Shown: piece by piece, positions 48,739 to 60,555 of the stretch
How positions within the stretch are numbered: the first letter of the stretch is position 1
Layout: each line of letters opens with the position of its first letter
From: Podarcis muralis
Lineage: Eukaryota
Assembly (NCBI RefSeq): GCF_964188315.1
Contig: NC_135657.1
Coordinates: 62,806,001 to 62,870,000 of the forward strand
DNA length: 64,000 nucleotides
Direction: 5' to 3'
Made by a program: the position numbers and the translations under genes
The notes under the pieces: model-generated
The model's database searches: none
What the model was told of the DNA's origin: nothing
Seen by the model: only the letters and a program-made list of their open reading frames with translations

Positions 48739-50531
48739 TATACATAGTGTATATTGCTATGCATGTGTGTGTATTTATTTTTCAGGATATTTAGGGATCA
48801 CCCTTCTTCCAAAGGAGCTTAGGGTGAGATACAACAAGCACAAAAGCAAAATACAGCAAACATTAATAAAAGCATGTAGAAACTAAATTTTAAAAAAAAA
48901 TCATGAAAACAAGGAGTTTCACATTAAGAATTAAACAGCTCATTTTATTATTATTTTCAAATCACATTCAAGTCACCTTTTATTCGATCATAAAGTCTGC
49001 TAGCTGCTGGAGAGTATGTGTGATCCTGAGAGGATCCAACCTTTCTGGAGATTTGACCTCACACTTGTACTTAACCCCACCTCCCAACTAAACTTCATCT
49101 TTTCTTGTGCTTCATATTCTCTTGAGTTCTGGCTGCCGTGTCATAAAAGCACAGCAGCTTTATAATCCCAGTTTATTTTAAAACAGGATATTGGAAAGGA
49201 CTGAGCCTTCCAGATGTCTCATTCAAATTTAATATTTAAATGGTGGTGTGTAAGCGGACTCAGGTAGGAGAAGAAAGAAGGATGTAAATGTATTAAATGC
49301 TGTTTTGACTTTTTGTGTACCCATCTCAAAGGCTAGGAGAAAGAGGTCCACAGTTTTGGTTTTCATTTTTAAAGAGGTCCACTGCTGTGGGGGAAGATCA
49401 GACCTCTTCTTCCTCTTCCACGAGGCTAGTGTCTGTCTGATGTTGAGGCATGTTAGGGTTGTTCTGGGAGAGGTTGTAGAGCCCCAGTCTTCCAGTTTGC
49501 TTGACATGTTCTCAGAACAGGAGGCAGATTATATGATCCCTGGATCCCAGTGAAGCAGAACAGGAAAGAAGAAACAGGGACCAAGCAGCCCTCCATCTTC
49601 TCTGGCTGCGGACATGAGCTCAATAGGGCATAGGAAAAAGTGGTTTGCTTGCCTTCAGTTCTCCCATTCCTCCCCCTTTTGATTTTGTCCGCCTGTATAT
49701 TTCTTCACAAAGCCATCTTACAAAATAGGGGAGTTATTCACATTTGCCAAATGGGGCAGATTAGTCACAGGCCTGACAAACTGATCCACAAATTGGTTAA
49801 CGTGGCTTACTTAGGAGGACTAAGCCAATTACCGATAATAGGATTTAAGAGTCAATCCCATCAGTTACTGCACCAGTAAAGAGGAGTTCAAGATTGGCAA
49901 AAATCTTGGCCACTTTGCTTCATGACTTCTGGTTTTGGAACAGACTTTCCCATGGATTCAGGATGAATGACACAATTAAGCTGTGGCATACGCTGGCACA
50001 CTGCCATGGCAAAGACACTGTTCTGAGGACCAAACTAGATGTGTTCTTACTAAGCAGCAGGCAGCCATTTATCTTGTTTTTCCTTAACTAAATACAGGCG
50101 ATGGGGAGCCTGATTCTCACTATGAAGGCAACATGCAGAGGGCAGGGAAGCTTATCTGTTGACTCTCCCATTGCACAGAGAACAGAGATTAGCACCCCAA
50201 ATGCACTAGATGCCCATTCTTAAGCAGCCTTATAAAAAAACATGGGATGAGATAGTGAAGGGTTGAGCCTCATCTCCTTGTGTGCTACCTCTGCAATAAG
50301 AAACAAGATCCTCCTTGTTTGTTAAGGAGAAACAAGATATGGAGAGGCCAGCGACATATCAAGTGTGGGGTAACTTGCATGTCATTCTCAGTGGCCATCA
50401 GTCAACACAATCAGCTACAATAGGTCAGACAGATTTATGGTAAAGCCTCTGGACAGATTACAGGAGAGCTGCAAAATAGCATGTGTCCCTTTCTGCATTA
50501 AATATTCCATATTCCTATTTTCAGATGAAGA

Positions 50532-51566
50532 ATGGTGGTTTTTCTTAACTCCTCTGTGGCTGCCATTGATTGCTCTGGCTTTGGAAATGGAAGCTGCCTT
50601 CAAAATCTCAGGTCAGCAGGTGTTCGAGGAGCCATGTATATATCCCTGAGTGGACTCATCGTTCTCACTGTCTTTGGGAATTTGGCAATCATCGTTTCCA
50701 TTTCGCATTTCAAGCAGCTGCACTCCCCAACTAATTTCCTCATCCTTTCCATGGCAGTCACTGACTTCCTGCTCGGCTTCCTCATTATGCCCTACAGCAT
50801 GATCCGATCCGTAGAGAACTGCTGGTACTTTGGGATCACCTTCTGCAAAATCCACTACAGCTTGGACCTGATGCTCTGCTTGGTTTCCATTTTCCACCTC
50901 TGCTCCATTGCTGTCGATCGCTTCTATGCCATCTGTTTCCCTCTTCACTATTCGTTGAAAATGACTATCCCTACAATCAGGCAATTGATTGTTGTTTGTT
51001 GGTCAGTGCCAGCTTCTTTTGCCTTCGGGGTGGTTTTCTCTGAAGCATATGCCTCTGGCATCGAAGGCTATGAGCTTTTAGTTGCATGTTCTAGTTCTTG
51101 CCCGGTGATGTTTAATAAACTGTGGGGTGTAGTTCTGTTCTCATTTGGCTTCTTCATCCCTGGCTCTGTGATGATAGGAATTTATGCAAAAATCTTCCAC
51201 GTGTCCACAAAGCACCTGAGGGTCATGAAGAGCAGATCTGAAAATGTGGGTGATGAAAAACACAACCAGGTTTCTAAGAGTAAGGACAGGAAAGCGGCTA
51301 AGACCTTGAGTATTGTGATGGGGGTTTTTCTCTTGTGTTGGCTTCCATGTTTCTTCACCATTTTAATCGACCCTTTTATAGGGTTTTCCACTCCTGAAGT
51401 ATTATTTGATGCCTTAACTTGGTTTGCCTACATCAACTCCACCTGCAATCCATTAATATATGGTTTTTTTTATCCATGGTTTCAAAAAGCACTTAGGTAC
51501 ATCCTCATAGGAAATATCTTCCACTCACAGTCCTGCACTGCTAACCTTTTCCTTGAAAATCAATAA
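50532..51566 (+). CDS. TAAR2: Trace amine-associated receptor 2 (344 aa)
   Basis: Intact 7-TM ORF; TAAR2-type ECL2 SEAYASGIEGYELLVACSSSCPVMFNKLWG, DRF motif, NSTCNPLIYGFFYPWF; strong Kozak aagaATGG. Confidence 0.92.
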   Translation: MVVFLNSSVAAIDCSGFGNGSCLQNLRSAGVRGAMYISLSGLIVLTVFGNLAIIVSISHFKQLHSPTNFLILSMAVTDFLLGFLIMPYSMIRSVENCWYFGITFCKIHYSLDLMLCLVSIFHLCSIAVDRFYAICFPLHYSLKMTIPTIRQLIVVCWSVPASFAFGVVFSEAYASGIEGYELLVACSSSCPVMFNKLWGVVLFSFGFFIPGSVMIGIYAKIFHVSTKHLRVMKSRSENVGDEKHNQVSKSKDRKAAKTLSIVMGVFLLCWLPCFFTILIDPFIGFSTPEVLFDALTWFAYINSTCNPLIYGFFYPWFQKALRYILIGNIFHSQSCTANLFLENQ

Positions 51567-52200
51567 ATTAACATGTGTTCAAGTGAGGCATTCATTGGTT
51601 TCTCTCACATAACATGTATGTTTAAATAAATTCAAAGTATGTACCAGAAGAACTGGAGGTGTGTTGTACCTTGGAACTGTGAATCTATCTCATAGATATT
51701 GGAATGTAGTTAAGCTTTGAATTTCACACTTACCTGAATTTTGTACTGTTTGCATGTGCTTTCTTTTGTATACACACATGGGCTGAAGTGCTTTAACTCA
51801 TAGAAAGAAAAAAAATATGTCCAGATCAGTGTTGATGTCATGCGTTTAATAATAACAAAACCCAGGACATAGAGCTTACAGAATGCACACAAATGTATAG
51901 TGTATCTGCAGCCATGATACCAGTGGGGAGAAATCCTCTACACACAAGGGAAATTGGTCAACTCTGAACTTCTTAAGAACGCTTTTGACACATTTTTAAA
52001 TGTATTTTAAATACATTTAAATCATGTTTATTTCTTTACAATTATATAGAGAGACTGAAATAAAATATCATGGTGTCATACAAGGAAAATGTCAAGAAGC
52101 ATATCCTATAAAAACAATAAAGATTGGCCCACTGTATATCAGTCTATGTATTTTGGCATATCCATTTCATTTATTCATATCCATATCTTTATTCATATTC

Positions 52201-52573
52201 CAGTGGTAGAAGCACTCCTTTTAGTCTGATGGTCATGGTCCCTCACAGGGAACCTTTGGGGTGGGGGGCACACACTGGGGGGGGGCAGAGGCAAAAAGTG
52301 GGTTGAACAGCAGATGTAGCTGATGTTTCAGCCATGCAGAAACCAGAAGCGTCTATTTACACACATAGGCTACATACACCCCCCCCCCAATCCAGGAAAC
52401 AAGAACCATTCTCACCATTCAAGGACACATTCCATCTAGGCTAAAGCCCTTGAAGAGAATGCAGAGCAGGCCAGGAGAGGACATGGCCTGGCACAGGGTG
52501 AAGTTCTGAGGGCCAGACAGAGAGGATTGGAGGGCCTCTTTCAGCCTCCAGGGCCTGACATTTCTCACTCCTG
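52201..52573. mobile_element. Old hAT-type MITE inside duplicated module copy 1 (copy 2 at 54546-54918)
   Basis: cag(t/g)(g/a)gt...cctg/ctctg termini; both copies share the same flanking sequence on both sides. Confidence 0.6.
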
Positions 52574-53475
52574 CCATACATCCTTGAAGTCAACAAGGTT
52601 TTGCTGTAACTTAACTCGAGCTGAGACTCTCACTCTGTCTTGAATATGCTAAGGTGGACCAATTATTCCTTAACTTTACATCATTGTACAATATGTCCAG
52701 GAAAACCTGGACATGTCCTCTTTTGGGGGGTCAACATGCCCATCTAGGCAGATTTTTACATTTTAAAGGAAATGTCTGGGTTTGTGGGGCTTGGGCTTGG
52801 GCTCTGCACGCTGTGTCCACTACCAGCCTGAGTCGGCCCCGGATGCCTCTTTCCCTGGCTCAGGCTGGCAGCGGATCAGGCTGTCATCTTTTTTACTCTT
52901 CAAGATATGGCAACCCTATATTTACACATTATAAAGAACAAGAAGCAGAGTTCATAAAAGAGCCCAAAGAATACAACTGAAATAATAGTTCAGGTTTGAC
53001 ATTTCCCAAGTGAGGCACACTTTTTTGTCAGAAGCAAACAGCTGAGAAGTAAGTGCCCCCAAAGGGAAGCCCAGTATATTGATGTCTCCCAAGCAGCTTT
53101 TGCATCCCCTATGAATATTCTTCAGAAAAGTCAAAAGCTATTTTAGGTATACCTGTAAACACCTGTATGAAACTTCTCTTCCGACACCATATCTTGGGCT
53201 ATGCTCATAATTGCTTATTTGCTGGAATGTTGCTTTTATTAGGGTTGTCAGGTCAATAGTACCCCAGATCCTGGGATTTTGAGGCCCAAACCTGAGGTCT
53301 AGAGGCAGGCCTCAGTGATGTCATGATGACGGGTCATGGTGATGTCATTAAACATGACACATTAAGTAATAACCATGGTGCAGAACCTGAAAAGGAAGAT
53401 GGCCTTGCAACCTATGTTTGTTGTGAACTGCTCTTGTGAACAGCTGGTGGTAATGATGCAAAGCCAGTCAGTACT

Positions 53476-53729
53476 GGAGAGCCAGTGTGGTGTAGTGGTT
53501 AAGAGCGGTAGTCTCGTAATCTGGGGAACCGGGTTCGCGTCTCCGCTCCTCCACATGCAGCTGCTGGGTGACCTTGGGCTAGTCACACTTCTCTGAAGTC
53601 TCTCAGCCCCACTCACCTCACAGAGTGTTTGTTGTGGGGGAGGAAGGGAAAGGAGAATGTTAGCCGCTTTGAGACTCCTTAAAGGGAGTGAAAGGCGGGA
53701 TATCAAATCCAAACTCTTCTTCTTCTTCT
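53476..53729 (+). mobile_element. Young tRNA-derived SINE with (CTT)n tail (Squam3-like)
   Basis: A-box-like gtggtgtagtggttaag and B-box-like gggttcgcgtctcc; near-identical to 28982-29243. Confidence 0.88.
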
Positions 53730-55699
53730 ACTGTATATATTTTTACTTTCCTTCTGACCTCTCTATTTACACACCCTGATCACTAATCCTTATACCATTA
53801 TACACTTTCTTACTTTTTAAGGTGACTCTTTAAGACATTCTTGCTTGTTCAGAAAACAAGAACCCCACATTTAGGAGTTCATAGGAGCACATTGCATTAA
53901 CATCAGTATACAAAATCAGCTGTGGTGCAGGTCTGCCTGTCTGGCATATAAATCAGTCTAGCAGAAGTGGGGAGCAATCTGGTGGGAGTGGGGGTACTAG
54001 CACAAAGCAGCTTATGGCCAGATTAACTTCCCCAGCCTCTGATTGAAACAGAAACACACAGAAACGATCTATTCCCGAAGCTCAGTGTTTAAGACACAGG
54101 ATGTGCCAGGAGTTGTAGTCCACCAAAACAAAAATGGCAAATGTCACAGCAAGAGCTTTACAAATTTCTACTTTACACACAATTCTACTTCTACTTTAGA
54201 CACAATTTATTCACCAACCTCTGTATTTAAGACATGTAGGGGAGAGGAGCCCCCCAAAAAGCACTGGGCTGGTAGAAACACATTTTGTGAATTAAAATAG
54301 CTTCAGGCTCTGGGGAGGGTCTCCTCATGAGCCAGGAGGAGTCTCCAGGGAGCTGATATGTGATTTCAGTTACACGTGCGGAGGCCCAGAACGTAACCCA
54401 GGCATAAATTGGGAGTTGCGTGTACAAAAAAATTAACAAAAAAAACCCTTAACATTCAATAAAAATAATACAGAATGGCCTATTGACTTTCAGTCTCTCT
54501 GTGTTTGCATATTCATTCTATCTGCAATTCTCTCTCTCCATACTCCAGGAGTGGAAAACCCCTTGTCAGCCTGATGAGCAATTTCCCTCATGCAAATCCT
54601 TCTGGGGCCCACATATCACTGGACAAAAAGCCGATGGAGCAACAGGTGACACTCTTGCCTTAGTACAGTTGGTGACAGTCCAGCCTTGCCAAAGCCAGGG
54701 GTTTCTACACCCACCCATATTCCACATATGCATTTCTCCAATGGGGCAAGTGAGAGGCAGGATCATGCTTCAAGGACACCTTCCAGCCAGGCAAAAGCAC
54801 TTGAGGAGGATGAAGAGCAGGGCTGGTGAGGGTGAGACCTGGGGACAGTTCTGAGGGCCAAGAAGAGAGGATTGGAGGACCTCCTTCATACGCCAAGGTC
54901 TGGCATTCCCCACCTCTGCCAAACACCCTTGAAATCAACAAAGGTTTTGCTGTAACTTGATTGAAGCTGAGACTGTCATTCTCTCTTGAACATGTTAGGT
55001 TGGAGTAATTCTTTCTGAACTTTGTGCAATTGTAAAAGAAGCTCATGGGCTTTACTTACACGTACCTAGAGTAACAAGGAGAGCTCACAAAAAAAGCCCA
55101 GGGAGTACAGCTGAAATAATTGTTCAGGTCTGACACTTCCAACACCTTTTGTCGGAAGTAAACAGCTCAGAAGAGACCACAAAAGTAAGTAAGTGCCCTC
55201 AGGGGAGATGCACAATACACTGATGTCTCACAAGCAAGTTTTACATCACCAGTGAATATTATTTAGAAACATCTGTATGACTAAACTGGGAACTTTTCTT
55301 TTGACACCAATTTTTGAACTGGGGCCATGCCCATAATTGTTTATTGGAATTTCATTATGTTATTTGCAGTCTTCCATATAAAGCACACCAACCTTGTCTT
55401 GTGCCTCAGAGAATGGCTGTAGCTCAGTGGAAGAGGTTCTGCTTTGCATACAGAAGGTCCCAGGTTTAATCCCCATAATATCCAGGTAGGGCTTGAAAAG
55501 GCTCCTGCCCAAAATGCAAGACAGCTGCTGCCACTCATTGCAGACAATATGGAGGTATATGCACTAATTTAATTCGATGGAGGATAAGATAGCTTCCTAT
55601 GTTTGCGTGTTCAGACCCAGAGACCTCCCCCCTAAATACACTCCAATTTGACTCAAATTTTAGTTTTGGTTTTTGGCAGAATTTAGGCCACAACTTAAT

Positions 55700-56637
55700 T
55701 GATTACAGAAAAGTGAGTGGCTGCATAGGCTCTGGTTCGACTAGCTCCCTGCACCCTTGCAGGTAGTGCTGACCCAGAGCTCCATCATAGGTCAGCCAAG
55801 GGTGAACGCCTGAAGTAGGTGAAAGGCCCGGGAACAGACTCTGTTCACTCCCCAGATGCTCCCCTGGACTCAGGCATGGGCACAACCCCTTTTCGGGGGT
55901 TGACCAAACCAAGTTGAGTCCCTGGATTCCTTCAGCGGAATACAGTGGTACCTCGGGTTACAGACGCTTCAGGTTACAGAGTCCGCTAACCCAGAAATAG
56001 TACCTCAGGTTAAGAACTTTGCTTCAGGATGAGAACAGAAAATGTGCGGTGGCAGTGGGAGGCCCCATTAGCTAAAATGGTACCTCAGGTTAAGAACAGT
56101 TTCAAGTTAAGAACGGACCTCCAGAACGAATTAATTTCTTAACCCGAGGTACCACTGTACCCTTAACATAGGGATGGCAAGAGTGTTCTCCCATCCCTAT
56201 CACCTGAACCAGTGCCTATCCGCAACCTTACAAGTTATGACGATTTACTACACGGCAGGCAAAACCCAAATGGCAACAGCCAATCAGCCAAGTGGGGAAA
56301 ATTCCCGCCGTGCCCCTGTCCCAACGACAGACGACACACGATGGCATAGCAAGGTCAATCACAAAATGCCCTAAATATAGGGAGAGGTGGGCGGGTGTTC
56401 CGAAGCACAAGCCGAAAGAGGAAGCTCTGGGTCACGTGCATAGGTATATATGGGTCCCTCGATCCATTTAGACTGCACCCCATTGGCCAGATTCAACCCA
56501 GCAACGAGGGACCTACCAATCGGGTGTTGTAGCTGTCCAATATACCTACCCACAACCAGGAGGTCAGTCTCCAGGTCTTACCACAACATGTGCCCTCTTT
56601 TAGGGAGGACATGCTTTATCCTGCATGACCAAAGACA
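55700..56637 (-). mobile_element. LTR-like retroelement terminal sequence interrupted by a Tigger MITE (55943-56157)
   Basis: On the - strand: TG start, CCAAT boxes, TATATA, AGTAAA, CpG-rich; family not identified. Confidence 0.45.
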
Positions 56638-57907
56638 TTAGGGTAGTCCTTGAAGTCAACAGGCCAGCCTCCCTATTCAACACTCAATACAGTTTCTAGA
56701 GCATTCAGTCTTTTAGCACCAGCGGTCTGATTTACAAAGCCCCGGTCCCAATCCTGGAGAGGAGTCTTAGGTCTTAGGTGCTCTAACTCTATTCATCTCT
56801 ACCTTAGATTTGTCTGTAGCAAATCACAGAAACCTGGTGGGTAGTTGAGCTGTCCATTGACAGAGACAGGATGTCCTGATCCTAGGCAGAAGCGTCAGGA
56901 CTGTGCTGGGAATCAGACAGTTGTTCCCATTCTTTTTCTGGCCCATAATAATCTCTGTCATACCTATGGTGTTTCCTTGAGCAGCACGTTGGGCAGGGGG
57001 TGATTGTGTGGTTGACCCTAAAGTGCGACTCTAAGCCTTCACAAAGTATATAGTAAAACAGTACAAAGAAGATGCTGTTTGGGTTGGCTCACTTGCTAAC
57101 AAACAACAGTTGTTATACTGCTGCTTTTGAAACACTTTTTGCAAGCACCCAAAATATCATTATAGTTTTCTCTCAGCATTCTACTGTCCTGTCAAGACCT
57201 GAGCAAGTTCTGTACCTCCCAGATTTTTTTCCCCTCTATCACTGCTGCATCCCACCCATCCACCAAAAAGCCCAAGGCAGATTACATGGACTGCTCTCAT
57301 TTCATCAACACAACAATACGTTGAGGTTAGGCTGAGAGACAATCCGTGCTTTCCAACTTTAGACATGCTCAGAGTTTAGTCTTTAATTTCGAAGGGTCTG
57401 AACTGAAGACAGGTGATACAACCCAACAACATGTCTAAGGAATAATAACATTGCCTGCCCTCCTTGCATATTGTCGTCCAAGCTTGCAATATTTGGTTGA
57501 TAAGGTAAAACATTTATATGAAGCTTCCAGTGAAGGAATGTGTAAGTAATATGGATGAGAATGAGAAATGTCTCACAAGAAAATGCAGCTCATCTTAAAG
57601 AAAGTAGAACTGCAGCTTAATCGAAGAGGTAGGAATGACGAGAGGGACCTTATCTGGGACTTAGATGAGAGGGAACAGGCCAAATCTGTGGGGAAAACAG
57701 TGGACAGTTAGAGCAACATTATTATGGGCAGGACATGTATAGACAATTGGTGACCCTGCTGTTAAGATTAAACAGGTAAGTGAGTAATGAGCATGGAGGT
57801 CTGTACATCACAGGGCATTTGACAGCCAGCAACATTGCTGTTGCTGAAGACGCATGTGCCTTGCTGACCACACCTTCAGTTACACTGTTCATTAGAAAGG
57901 ACTGGAT

Positions 57908-57989
57908 TATATAAGGCATTGACTGACTTCAGACTTCCCAGCTGACGAGAAACTCTGGAAGTTAAGACAGTGGGCAACAGCAGGTAATC
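57908..57989 (+). promoter_or_regulatory. Candidate TAAR5 TATA box and non-coding first exon
   Basis: TATATAAG 57908-57915; donor CAG|gtaatc after 57983; matching acceptor cccaccctcccccag| at 60488, 67 nt before the TAAR5 ATG. Confidence 0.35.
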
Positions 57990-58894
57990 CTTACTGTACT
58001 TTGTTCTATTTCAACCCAACTACAAGAAATTGGATTTTCATTTTCATGTATATGATCCAAGTCTTTATACTAAATACACGTGCATTTCAGTTACTTTTTA
58101 AAAAAAGTTTCAGATAAACTACTGAAAGACTTTGTCTTAATTCTGGCTTCAAAGATTGTAACAAATTCAAATCATCCAGACTAATTGTTGGAGACTTCCA
58201 AAAACACAAACACACACACAGCTTGGAAATTTACTTCATTACTGTCCTTTATCCTGGTTTATTTGCTTTGTAAAAGAGAGGTTTGATATTTAAACTGTGA
58301 TACTAGACCATAAAAATCAATAAATGTTGACTATTTTTTTTAATCTTTTTTTAATCTTCTGTTTATATTTCTTCAGTAACTGGAAATGAAGAAACACCCT
58401 TTTTAAAAAACCTGAAACTTATTTTTTTTGAAATTGTGAGAAATAAAGTTCCCACCACCACCATTACATAAACATTTATTTTGTTCTCCTCTTCATCTAC
58501 ATAACCAATTTTTCATTTTTAAAAACAGATTTATAAAAATACAAAATAGAATCATAACCAAGCAAAGATTGAAGATTAAAAAATACACCGTTGTGCACAC
58601 AGTGCAATATTCCCATATGCACATACAGTATTCTAAACAAAAATGTAGATTTACTGAAGTAGCCCAAATCACCCTTTTCCAACACTGAGCCATGCTGTCA
58701 CTTACTCGGGGGTAAGTCCCATTGAAAGTATGAGGACTTTCCTCTGAGTGAACAAGCAGAAGATAAAGCTGTAAATTATGTAACAAGTCAATTTTTAAGT
58801 TCACCCTAGCAACCCTGTTTCCTGTATAGACTTATGACTTCTAGGAGAAGGCGGCTGGGTCAACCCTGCTAGATGGGCAGGGTTTAAACAATAA

Positions 58895-58897
<3 letters not shown>

Positions 58898-58951
<54 letters not shown>

Positions 58952-58952
58952 T
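58898..58952. repeat. (AAT)n microsatellite, L2 tail
   Basis: Pure AAT run after gccagatgggcaggg-like L2 end; other SSRs: (CAT)n 36313-36352, (TATG)n about 62004-62038. Confidence 0.9.
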
Positions 58953-60555
58953 GTTATTGTTATTATCAGAGGTGAGACAAAGGGAACATGCTCTTCTAAT
59001 GTCTGTATCTATAGCTATCTGACTATCTACCTCTCTATTGGGAGGGGGGCATATTTAGGATACCCCAGAAATGCACTTTGTCTTTTTGGAGAGTTGTTGT
59101 TGCATTTATTTTTTATTTGCAGTGTTTTATACAACATTTTAAAGTCTTCTCAGTATGGACATATTGCCCCACCACCACATTAGTCCTGTAAACCCTGAAG
59201 AATGCTGTGAATGCTGTTACAGAGCAAGCATGTGGTTGCGCCTCTAGAATGGGTGCAGCCAAAAACAAAATCCTCCTACCCCAGGCATCCTTATGATCAT
59301 AATAAAGTGTCATGGCATTCAGGCGAAACAAAAAACAAACAAAACAGAACTAGTGAGCACTCACAAACCTCCTAATTCACCTTAATTTCCCTGTAGCACT
59401 TCACTGTACTTCAATCAGGGTGATTTAAAAATGAGAAGATGGATTTTGTCCATTCTTTGTCCACTTAAAAGTGGAAAGGGGAATTTAGTCTGCTTTCGGG
59501 ATCATGAATACAGTATAGAACTAGAGGAGGAGGCTATTACAGATTAATGAATCAATAGGAAAAGGATGTGATTTTGTGTATTTATGAAACTAGTGGGGTT
59601 TCACCAGTTTGACTGATCACCTAGTTTTGCAATAATATTCCTTGAGCCAGACAGACTCTTTCCTAAGGATTCTTTGCACAAATATTACACTCTGTGCTTC
59701 ATAATTACCAGGCAAAGTTCAAGGTTTTGGTATCAACAAATAATGCCCTATTAGAGGCGAGGAAGAAATTTGGTTCAGTTCACATTTAATGGTGAACCTA
59801 CTAAATTCACTTTCCAAAATGATTTTAAGAAAATACAGCCATCTTTCTACATTTGCACTTCTCCAAATTCTGTAGTGCACTCTCCAGCCAAGTAACGTGT
59901 ATAAAAGTAGGGTAATAAAAATGCAGATATTAGTGAAAATAGCACACAGAGGTGCACTTAGTTAGGGAAAATTGTTTTGCAAAAATGTATATATGGCACT
60001 CAAATGCTGTTGAATATTCATGAGAACATCACAAGAAAAAAATATCACAAACCGATGTGGAAATATGGAAAACTGAACTTAAGATCAGGAAAATGAAAGA
60101 AACTGAAATGGAGATGGCTCCTTTGGAGCCAGGCACCAGGTAACTTGAAAGACTACCTTTCCCCTTATATACCCAGTAGGTCACTGCTGCTGTCTGCAGG
60201 AGAGTATCTACTCCAAGTCCCTTAAATATTACTACTTATGTTTTCCAGAGACAGTTGGAAGGCATTTTTTGTTTCGACCAGCTTTTCCAGCTGGGCAAAA
60301 AGATGTTTATTCTGTATTTCAAAGTGTCATCTTTTGTGCCTTAAAAAAGGAAAGAGAGACAATTTTAGTTGTTTGCTTGGTGTGTTTGTAAATCACCTTG
60401 AGACTCACGTGGGAGGTGATTCATAAATTAATGAACTCGGTCATATAATAAAATAAGTAGCTACGTATTTACGCCCACCCTCCCCCAGATACAGAAGAAA
60501 GATTGCCAGAGCCAAAACAGCTGAGAGGGGCAGAAAGTGGAGAAGGTGGAGAAGA

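Noticed and set aside
53476-53560. tRNA-like A/B boxes (also 48377-48460, 55415-55480)
   Set aside because: They are heads of tRNA-derived SINEs followed by SINE bodies and tails, not tRNA genes.
56840-56885. tccattgacagagacaggatgtcctgatcct resembles a TAAR TM3 'SIDR...DP' relic (possible TAAR3/4 pseudogene)
   Set aside because: Only about 12-20 nt of similarity; flanks do not extend with correct spacing to TM3 or TM4 motifs; consistent with chance.
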